34,408 bases of DNA from Sphaeroforma arctica JP610 (Eukaryota), in the NCBI RefSeq assembly GCF_001186125.1, contig NW_014040344.1, positions 6,236 to 40,643 on the forward strand, written 5' to 3'. The notes under the pieces are model-generated. The model was given only the letters and a program-made list of their open reading frames with translations. It was not told where the DNA came from and ran no database searches. Position 1 is the stretch's first letter; the number at the start of each line of letters is the position of its first letter. The position numbers and the translations under genes were made by a program. Below, in pieces: positions 1-9,734 of the stretch.

Positions 1-110
1 GGCTTTGTGTTTGTTTGTGTGTGTTTATGCGCCTGTGTTTTTTGTGTGTGTGAGAGAGATAGTGAGTGAGTGAGTGTGTGAGTGTGTGTGTGTTCATATA
101 CATATGTGTG
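1..110. repeat. Degenerate (GT)n/(GA)n/(GAGT)n microsatellite, probably intronic in the minus-strand gene that runs off the window start
   Basis: Directly visible runs of gtgtgt, gagaga and gagtgagtgagt. Confidence 0.85.
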
Positions 111-273
111 TTTGAGGTATACAAACAAATTCATGTTGAATTCGACCTTGAAAATCTTTGCAGCGCTAAATTAGGGTATCTGCAGGAAGAACCACAAGCC
201 GCATCTTCTCGATAATTGTGGGTGAATGTAGCCGGCGCAAATAGGCAATCAAGACACTACGGGAAGCACCTAC

Positions 274-1045
274 CTAATTTTTCAACCTCTTTATGCACAT
301 CTTCCATCCAATCCAGATAGTTTCCGCTGAATTTATCACCTAATTCCATCGATTTCTGTTCCCTGCCTACCTTCGTGTGTACATCCGACACCTTCGCCGA
401 CAAAAAATTTTGACGCTCCTTGCGCATCGCCGTCTCCTGAAATTTATTGTTCATGTTGCCATAGCCAGTGGCATCAACTACTAGCGGTTGCCTCTTTTGT
501 ATTTTCTGAGAAACCACTCGTGTGCGCGTATTTTGCGAATTGTTTGCGAAACCTGTCGCCCTTCCCATCACCTTTCTCCGACAGGTTGGCGAAGTGTCTT
601 CTTCACCCTTGGCATGAGATTTACGCCTTTTTATCCCGCTCGTATGGCTATTCGACTCATCGTCACCTACTGCACGAGACTCGTCGCTCTCACTATTACT
701 TTCACTTTCGCTTTCACTTTCGTTTTCGCTTTCGCTTTCACGTTCGCTTAAACTTTCGCTATCGCTATCCTTGTGCTCGCCACGTATCTCATCGCTACTG
801 CGTCGAGCACAGCCGACCTGAGGTCCAGACTTTGCAATGAAAGCCTGATCCTCACCGACGTCTGAATCCGCACTATCATCCGAGTTCTCAAACTGCCGCA
901 TGAAGCTCTCGCCCAGTTTCTGTAAGCGCATTCTCGCAACACTGTCCGCATCTATTGATTTTTCAGCTTTAAGTGTGCTCTGTACCTTTCTCCGTTTAGA
1001 TTGCGGCAAGCCACTAGATGAGGAACGAGGTTTAGACTTTGACAT
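274..1045 (-). CDS. First exon of a probable 40S ribosome biogenesis factor, C1orf131/FSAF1-like (DUF4602); 3' exons lie outside the window
   Basis: ORF 257-1045 is K/R- and D/E/S-rich, as nucleolar proteins are, with an (ES)n tract at about 695-770. It ends in KERQNFLSAKVSDVH...MEDVHKEVEKLG, resembling the 'EVxxFG' start of the DUF4602 core. A donor G|GTAGGT follows at 273, so the unspliced tail to 257 is probably intronic. The family call is from memory of the motif, not a search. Confidence 0.55.
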
Positions 1046-1275
1046 CGTTGAGACTCACAATCTACTGTATCCCTAACCTATTAGACTCGAAACAAAGGCA
1101 CCCCAAAATGTATATTTATTTTGCAAGTATCTCAAGAGTGGCGCTCACAAGCAATTTTACAATATGACAATACTAACAATATGTATGTATGTACAATTTA
1201 TTTACATTTATAACAGGAAGTACGTCATCACACACGTGTTACTTCGTTTAAATGTGATACATGTACTCAAAAGTA

Positions 1276-1447
1276 GGGTTTTGACCCCAGGGTCTATGCA
1301 TTGCCCTGAAAAAAGAAACAGGAGGCTATGGTCTATGCGATTATTTCAGGAGGCCATGTGTAGTATGTATGGCCTTAGGCCCATAAATACTCATAGACTT
1401 TTAGCGGCTTAGTGTCCTATTACCTTTAATAGACTCCTACAAGACCC
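1276..1447. repeat. Degenerate ~170-bp palindromic (foldback/MITE-like) element
   Basis: Nested inverted pairs centred near 1363: gggttttg(1276)/caagaccc(1440), gtctat(1292)/atagac(1429), gtctatg(1331)/catagac(1392), aggccat(1351)/atggcct(1369). Confidence 0.5.
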
Positions 1448-3108
1448 ATCATAAATATTTGCAAATAAAATATTTGCTCTCGTCCGTTGTTGTATTGTTT
1501 TCTATTTTAATTTTTAGATTTTTTCTAAAAGGTCATGAATTCCTAAAGCAAAGAAAAAATAAGATAAATAACATTTTTTTAAATGTATAAATCGAGTCGA
1601 TTATAAATTTACCACAACGCGCCCTGAATGCTACGAAGTTTGTGATCGGGTATTGTCAGTTATACCCAAATTTGATAGAAAAAGAGTACAATCAGACCGC
1701 GATAAGAGTAATATTTAAAATACAGCTCTTGTGAGTTGTGACTCGTGAGAGTCTGAGAGGTCACAGACACAAATTTTATTTATTTTATACAAACTCTCCG
1801 ATCTGGCAATCTCCATCATATCTATTATCACTAAAAGCTTTAGCTATTAGGTACCCCAGAACTTTATTTATCCAAATAAGGAATAAATTTATGCCCATTT
1901 GAGACCCTATACAATGTACATGAATATAGAAAGGCCCAAAACAAGATTAACAAATTATTTTTATGGAAATCTGGACCGAAACGTGAACCAAAATTTATGT
2001 TGCACTTTTAAACCCATGGGGCGCGCTTTCCCAAACGAAACATGGGTACGAAAACCCAAAATTAAAATTAAAATTGTCCCCCTCGTTTCAGAGCTTTTAG
2101 TTCCTTACCGACGTAAGCGGTGTTTTATCTCTCTGAGACTCACTTCTCTTCTCTTTTCTTCTTCGTCCTCCTAATTTAATTAAATAGAAAAAAGGACTAT
2201 GTATGTACATATCTTGAAATCTTCTTTTGCGCGAGTGTGTGAACTGTGGACAGTGTGGACTGTTCAGTGTTCAGTGTTCACTGTGGAGACTTTGCAGAGA
2301 CTGAGAGTGGGTCCTCAGACTCCTCACTCCTCACACTTCTTGTTGTGTGAGTGTTGGGACTTGGGAGTCTGGTTCTCTCTGGGGGAGAGGCCGAGGGTCG
2401 TGTGAGAGGAATAAGTCTTGACTCGTGCTGAGTCTTGAGTCTTGCAGTGTTGTTTACTCTTGTGTTGCACACTGTCACACTCGTCTCGAGAGAGTGTGAC
2501 TCAAGTCTCAAGCCTCAAGTTCGGACTCTGCTGCAGGCCTGCAGAGTGCAGACACACTGCTGGTCTCAAACTGACAAACTCAAAGTCAAGAAGAGTCAAC
2601 TATATTTTAAATATCGGCTTCGATTTTTATTAAAACAATATATATAAATACATGTGTACATTTGTAAATACAGTATTGTCAAACAGCCAACTGTCAAACA
2701 CTTCTACATATCTCTACAAGATCTAATTTTTATTTTAAACAAATAAGATCCGACTCAAGAAGAATTTGAAATTTATTTCTGAATTTCGCCTACACATCAT
2801 CATGACTTTTATGAGACACGTCATGGATTCAATGATCCATCAAGATGTGAGAGAGAGACTGAGAGAGAGAGAGTAACTTTAAAAAAATATGAGTGAGAGA
2901 GTTTAGACCTGGCAGGCGTGCATGGTGACTTTTCACTTTAGAAAATAGTCAATAGAGGATTAGAGTAGAGAGGTAGATGCTCCAAAGGCCACGTTCCACA
3001 CTTCACAGTTCACACTCCAGAGTAGACTCCAGCCTCCAGGCTCCAGCAGACTGAGCAGAGTGAGTCAATGAGAGTCAGCAATGACTGAGTGATGACTGAC
3101 GACTGATG

Positions 3109-3449
3109 AGACATGTATGCCGAGCTGGTAAACGACATGTCTTTTGCAGTTTTGCCTATGGCGACACGTCGCGACGTTCGTTTACGTAATTTTTTAGGCG
3201 ACATGTCTTGTGGCCGACTCGAGATTGAAGAAATTAGACCCTCTGAATCATCAATATCTGAAAATTTCGCCAATCATCACGGTACCTTTCATCGATTACC
3301 AAAGGGTGAGCATGAAAATTCCGAAAATTTCCGACTGTATGTATGACAACATGTCCAGTATGTATATCTAAACGACATACGACATTTTTAGACGACACGT
3401 CGCGACGGTCATTTACTTGTTTTCATATATACAGACAACATGTCGCGAC
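3109..3449. repeat. Two imperfect ~100-bp direct repeats about 235 bp apart, built from RCRACAYGTC motifs
   Basis: cgacacgtcgcgacgKtcRtttac at 3162 and 3393; aaacgacat at 3130 and 3370; acatgt at 3111, 3135, 3201, 3349 and 3438. Confidence 0.7.
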
Positions 3450-3890
3450 CTCATATGTACCAGCCCATTAACTCCCAAGTCCCAAGTTCCCAACTCTCAG
3501 AGTCCCAATTGAAATTCCCAAGTTCCAAGTTTCAACACTCCACTGACTCCAGCCGAACAGGCAACAGCCAATTCGTTGAACTCTCAATTTAATAAAAAAA
3601 GAATAAATTTTATAAATTTTAAATGCCCTATGTACATTCATATTTTTAATTTTTTTATCTGGTGACCTGGTCACTGACTCGCTGTCTATACCTAGAGTCC
3701 GTGGATAAGGAACGCTCCCCTTCACCACCGTTCACCACCCACCGTGCACGACTCAGCATGAGTTCCCTTGAAACAAGCGTATAGCTATGTGCGTTTATTT
3801 ATATATACAACCCAAAACTTCTACCACAGAATAGTTGTAAATCACCCTAAACCTACACTTCAACTGTCGCAAGTATAAAATTTCATTCGG

Positions 3891-4352
3891 ATGCACATCT
3901 TTACAAGCATGTTCAATAGGAGGGTACTGATACTGTGGGCAGTTTTCTTACTTGTTCACCATAGCGCTTTGGCTTATCCTGTCCGAAGGCGGCAGTCCAC
4001 AAATCCATTCGCCACAAATCCCTTCACGACTACGAATTTCGATCCTACCTTCTCGAACACTAATCCATTCGCGACAACCACACAAAACACATTTGATCCA
4101 GCTACATATAATCCGAACGTATTCAATCCCACATCCTTCAATCCAACATCCTTCAACCCAACAGTGCCGGTCACTGGCATTGTACCTGTTAATACTGTGC
4201 AGAATGTAAATATTGATTTGCAGAATTCGAATGTGAATTCTGACAGAGGAGGAGTGAGCAGTATTGGTGATTCTGACATTACTGTGAATGGCGGTGTTGG
4301 TGCTGGCGCAGGAGCAGCTGCAACGGCTGCTTTTGTATCTGAGAGTGGTTGA
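3891..4352 (+). CDS. Secreted Thr/Asn/Pro/Phe-repeat protein, N-terminal part (signal peptide, RRR|Q processing site, NPF and FNPTS repeats)
   Basis: Signal-peptide-like MFNRRVLILWAVFLLVHHSALA (ATG at 3891 or 3909), then YPVRRRQ, TNPF x3, [FY][ND]P repeats and a Gly/Ala linker. Ends at TGA 4350-4352. Confidence 0.75.
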   Translation: MHIFTSMFNRRVLILWAVFLLVHHSALAYPVRRRQSTNPFATNPFTTTNFDPTFSNTNPFATTTQNTFDPATYNPNVFNPTSFNPTSFNPTVPVTGIVPVNTVQNVNIDLQNSNVNSDRGGVSSIGDSDITVNGGVGAGAGAAATAAFVSESG

Positions 4353-4868
4353 TTTCCAGCGAATTCCCCCGTGTCACCCGGTAGTCCACTCTTAGATAAG
4401 AATAGGGCTAATGTTGATAAACCTGTGTTAAACTTGGTAGAATATACAGCCGCATACCCCACGGGTGTGCTCCCAAATGATCCGGTTAGGTTTAGAATGA
4501 CACCTGGGAATTTCCTGACGGGCCCTTGCGATGTAAGGCTTACATTGGAAGCAAAAGGAGTACTCACGCTGTCAGGACCTGCAACCACGGAAGATGGAGA
4601 GCGTGTGAAATTTGCAGAGTTCTCCGGTGCGAGTTCTGCATGCAGTAATGGAACGAACTGTCAAATGAAGTTTGCTGATGGAACAATCAAAATTGGCGAG
4701 TATAGGAAGGGTACAGCAATAGGGCGGGAGTTCAGTCCTATTTTGCGAACAGACGCGGTGGCTGCTGTCATACTTAGGAATGGGGACCTCGTGTTAGTAG
4801 ATGAAGAAGGGAGGAACGTCTACTCATTTCAACTGCGCGCGCCGCGTGGTTTCTGTCTGGGGACTTGA
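4353..4868 (+). CDS. In-frame continuation after the TGA: bulb-type (beta-prism II, B-lectin)-like domain
   Basis: Same frame as 3891-4352 (4371-4353 = 18 nt) and open for 171 codons. AVILRNGDLVLVDEEGRNVYSF and RLTLEAKGVLTLSG resemble the B-lectin repeat LxLQxDGNLVLYxxxGxxxW. Four Cys suggest an extracellular fold. Confidence 0.6.
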   Translation, partial: FPANSPVSPGSPLLDKNRANVDKPVLNLVEYTAAYPTGVLPNDPVRFRMTPGNFLTGPCDVRLTLEAKGVLTLSGPATTEDGERVKFAEFSGASSACSNGTNCQMKFADGTIKIGEYRKGTAIGREFSPILRTDAVAAVILRNGDLVLVDEEGRNVYSFQLRAPRGFCLGT

Positions 4869-5809
4869 TCTCTAAAAACAACATTTAGCTTCCTGCGATG
4901 ATCATAAGAAATAATTTAAATAGTACATTTTATCTCGAATTAAGGTAAGTATCTCATCTGTTGCAAGCCATGAGTTCATATCCACCATATTAAAGACGAC
5001 GATAGCTATAGTAAAGTAACCATGCCATCATATGTTTGACTTGTATTCTCATCGTCTCAACTTGAGAGACGTAGATATTAGCGCAAATTCACGCTCAGGA
5101 ATCACAGCTGGTATTGTTAAAACTTGAAATGTTATACAGAACTGCACGTTTTAATTCACGCGGCCATTGCATTTACATTTTACCTATTAAACTCCCTGAT
5201 CGAACTTTTGATTCTTGGTTGAGGAGTAACTAAAGAGCATGCTATTACATGGCCCTCTAGAGATGTTGCAGTCAAAAGGCAATTTGGGCGATTATACAAT
5301 TCTCGTGTCTGGGAAAATTACCTTTTGACAAAATGCTGTTTGACCCGACTTGTGCAGATGGCCGTGGCTATTATGTAACAACCAGAAGTCGCAATGTTGT
5401 GCCGCGACCCTGACGCAGATAAAACTATACAACTCGCTTCATTGCCTTCAAGTTAATAGGCCGCAGGAGAAATTTGAAAAAGTCGGCAGATTGACGTCTT
5501 CAATTTTCAGATGCTTATCATCAAGTGTTCTTAGGTCTCTTGCTTATCAAAATTCGATCACTAGCTGTACTACAACTAGTACCAATTTCAAATTTGTGTG
5601 ACATTCATATTTATATGAGGTTTCATTCACCATTCAAGTTCAAACAACTTTATTTCAGAAATGTTTCCAACAGGTATTCCTTGATGTCCATATACATCAA
5701 AATTGCTTCAACCTTTCAAAAAAAAAATTTGCCCACACGGGCGATGGCACTGATCGCACGCAACAGTGCTCATACGTTCATCCTAGTTGATAACTAACCG
5801 AAAGATATC

Positions 5810-8800
5810 CTACCGACGCGTACGGGATCCGACTATATATCCACTCCTTGTCTCACGAGACTCCTCAGCTCCCGACATCCATCTATAAGCTCCGACCAAA
5901 GTCTTATAGATCTCTCTGCTCTTCTTGTAGAAAAGAAACACGGAGGTACACACCACTCCCAAATGCTCTAGGCTCATGAACATACTCGTTTGAATCCACC
6001 TAGGGGTGATTAGCCACAGAGCTCCATACACAACGGATAAAACCACCAGTATAAGGCATGCGTTCATCACCAGCTTTATACGTTTGGCTTTAAGAGCTGC
6101 AGCACGCTTCGTCCTGGCTTTTGGTGAATCATTTATCAAATCCCGTTGTTCGCGCCACACTATAGCTTCCATTTCGTCTTCGGGGCTGTCTCCTACTCTT
6201 TCTCCAGCCCCTGCACTCCTCACCCCACTCTTTTTGGTATGAGCGCCGCCCGCTCTTGCGGTTTCGCTCAAAATACGTTGTCTTAGGACATTGAAGTCAT
6301 CCGTATTATCGTTGCAATCCGACCCAGGTGCTACTGAAGGCGTTTTTTGCGCCTCCAGCAGCTCGACGTAATTGCAGGCCAATGCATGAGCACTGACGAT
6401 GTCCACATTGTCCGGAAAATGCACTGCAGCCCTTTCCATATCATCGAGTACACCATCCGCCTGGCCTTGCTGAACATTTTCGGACGATCTGTAGTACCTG
6501 CATAAAACCATACATGCCGCTTCCTGTAAGTTCTCATTATTGGCATGCATCTCCATTGTGCGCTGCACAGCTCTGTGGAGGCCCGATTCCCCCGATTTCC
6601 CATTGTTCTGTTCGTTTCGACAGTACTGTGCAAGTGTGTAGCATGTCACTATCTGTAGTTTAGCGCATTTCAAATTCCGGTCCATAGCCTGCTGTAGAAG
6701 CAGATGTACATCCGCCATACCCGCTAACTTATTGTTATCCTTATTGACACAAAACTCATCAAATACCGTACACACGGCCAGCTGCAACGCAAGCGACGTT
6801 TTAGCTTCCTCCCTGTTTCCCTTATCCCCCTCCATTTCCTTGCATAGCTTTGCATCCGGCCTATCACTATCAAGAACACCACGCATGGCACTTAAGACAT
6901 CCAAATACAATCCACTCACACCCAGCTTGCGCACGTTGTTCTCATCAGCACAGTAGCCCACCAAGGCCTCGCAGGCGTAAGCTTGCAGTGAGAGGTCCTG
7001 GTCATGAGCGCGCATCGCCTTCTGGATGATCAAGTGCGCATTCGCCCTTCTCACGGCCGTGCCCATGGTCACACAACCGGCCTTCAACTTTCCCTTCTGC
7101 ATTTGTAGTTGTTCATTCTCAAACACGCGTATAAGAAATACACACCCAACCCTTTGCAGAGCACACACGTGCAAATAGTTATCCATCGCGGTCAGCACTA
7201 AGTTCACAACCTTCACGGACATGCCTTGCTTCGTATTCATGCCGCTCAAATTCGCATCATCCCCCGCGAATGCACACAATGCCTGCAGCGCACACAGCTG
7301 CACACACAGGTCATCAGGAGAGGCTTCCAAAGCATCCATGAGAACAGCCTGTACGTCCCACAAGTAGCCGTGCCCACTGGCATGTGTGCCTAACTTCTCC
7401 ATCGAAGCCAGATATTCATCCTCCTTTGTGCTGCTGCGCCGTCTAACGGAAGCCGACCGTCGTGTCGTATCAATTGCACACGCGTGCGTATACAGCAACC
7501 GGATAAGCTCACAGCCTATCACCACCACCTGTTTTGCGTCGGTTGGTTTGTGAGTCTCACCTAGACTGATAAGAGATGACGGAGTTAGGCAACTGGCAAC
7601 CTCCTCTGCCACACCCCCAACTGTATCAGCACGCGTTGAATCAATGTTATGCCCATCACTAGCAGCCACGTCCCCACCCATTCCCCGTAACTTCACCATC
7701 TCACGCAATGCACACTCCACGGTAGCACATACATCTCGATACAATGCTACCTCCCACAACCTGGCCACCCTCTGCGCGATTGCGCCCGATCCATCAGTAT
7801 CACTATCCGTACCTGCTAATGCGAAAGCTATCAGCGCTCGCATAGCGCGTGTGTGCAGCTGCAAGTCCTGCGGGTGCCATTGCATGGTTTTCTGCAAGGC
7901 CACGTGCGAGTCATGCGAAGCCGCGCACGCGTTCATACGCGGGCTCGAGCAGAACAAGCTGAAGAACTGGCAGCCGGTTGACTGCACCTCGCGCTTGTCC
8001 GGGAAGCGTCTCATGGCCCTCAGCACATCTGTGTCAGCTTTGTTCATAATGATTGAGTCCACTATTCGTGATTGCGCCTGGGATACTCTACTGTTCAGGA
8101 CCTCGGTGTGTATAGGTACAGGTGAGCTAGACTGTGAGCCATTGCCAACTGTGGTTGCTGCGTCGCTGCTATCAGTGGTGAGACCGTACACACACAGTCG
8201 GTGCCAAGCGAGCAAACCACTTGTCTGAACACGCGCATTGCCCGTAAGCGTCTTCATCGCTCGGTGCACACACTCCAAAAAAATCTGTGGATTACAAGCT
8301 AATACTGATTCACTGTCACTACCTTCAGCAACCAACGCACTCATCTCAAGCTGCAGGACACGCGTACACACCATGATAGCCCTGGCTTGGATATCCACAC
8401 AATCGGAGTAAGTAGCAAGAGCGGTTTCAGCGCAAGCGTACACTTGTGCACACACATCCTTCTGTATATCTGCCTCACTATCTGTGCGAGACACGACCAT
8501 TCTCTCCACAAGAGCGTAGACCACATACGTGCAAGCTAGCTGCACATCATAATGCTGTGGAAACCTGCTTTGTATCCTATATAAAACCGATAAGAACCCT
8601 TGATCGAGAAGCGCATCGCATACTGAATCACTGCCGCACAGATAGCCAGTAGCTAATAAAGCTGCTACTACCACGTCTCTGTCCTCGCTACGATCTGCAG
8701 TTCAGGTTGTGGTGACATATTAGTTTGCGATAAGCGTGGTGAAAGCTATATTTATCAGAAGTGTTTACAACGCGATTAAGAGGCGTAAACATGAGGCTCC

Positions 8801-9734
8801 GGATAGAGTGTACATAGAGTGGAGATGATGTGAAGACAAGAAAAATAAATAATTAGGTATGTAATGGCATCCTCAATGATGTCGTTGCAATAATCACAAT
8901 TTCGCGATCACTAAGCGCTTCCTCGTGCTGGCGGATACGACGCCTGAACACGACAACGGCGACGGCCAGCACGGGGACGGGTTTAGGGTCTTGAGACCGC
9001 AGAATAAGGTCTGGCACTTGATACACTGCACATTAAATGCTAATACGTACAGGTTGTTGTGTGTTTAGACGTGCTTACTTTGCATCATATAGTAGACTTT
9101 TCGGAGACCATTAACATTTACACTCCACCTCTTCCCAAGTCACAAAATCATAATCAATCCTACATACAAGCCCACTCGCGTAACTTGCACTACAGTGGTG
9201 GAGAGCCCATGTATGCCACTCCCGTACCTATTTGAATTAAGCATTTGAGGCTTCTCAGAAGTCAGATAGATTATTTATCAAGTACAGTCAACGATTGACT
9301 TTAACTAATGCCGGATGCACGCACTCTCGCATACCTTGCGCCACAGTGGTGAAGTATTCATGTAAGCCACTCCTCTCGGCTCTCTGCAGCCTGCGCACGT
9401 GCTTGTTCACATTGTCTCGATCGTACCTAACCGTATACACAGCAGACGCACACCGCAGAATTGTGCGTATATTCGAGGACAACTGCTGATCACTCATGTT
9501 CTCTGATATATCTGGATCTATATCTGTTTCCGACTGTGCATCACTATGCGAATTATTGTGTAAACCACGATGAGAACTCCTGTGTGCATTGAGCAAACGC
9601 ATGATTTCAGTGAAGAATATGGGGTCGTCCACATGCGGCAATTTGGCTTCATAGGGTGAATGTATTAGGTATGGCTGAGCTAACCGGGCCACCAGAGCAG
9701 AGGAACGGGCACCTTTCGTCGTCGCAAACTGCAT
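5810..9734 (-). CDS. Armadillo-repeat protein (LRRK2-N-terminal/aardvark-type ARM repeats) with two C-terminal hydrophobic segments; predicted join(9734..9335, 8694..5810)
   Basis: 954-aa ORF with repeated units such as AMRRFPDKREVQSTGC, TMQWHPQDLQLHTRAM, AMRAHDQDLSLQAYAC and TMEMHANNENLQEAAC. The upstream exon (ATG 9734, preceded by an in-frame stop) ends CAAG|GTATGC at 9335 and joins in phase 1 to acceptor CTGCAG|AT at 8694. Confidence 0.8.

Noticed and set aside
120..185. Possible second exon of the first gene after acceptor CTGCAG near 180
   Set aside because: Joining in the required phase hits TAG after four codons; the true next exon is probably outside the window.
3974..4588. 204-aa antisense ORF spanning the TGA
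   Set aside because: Starts at GTG, has no recognisable features and mirrors the plus-strand coding frame.
4869..5080. SECIS element that would make TGA 4350 a selenocysteine codon (ATGA near 4898 and 4970)
   Set aside because: No convincing helix with a GA quartet and apical AA could be paired by eye, and the TGA is not in a redox-motif context. A SECISearch run would settle it.
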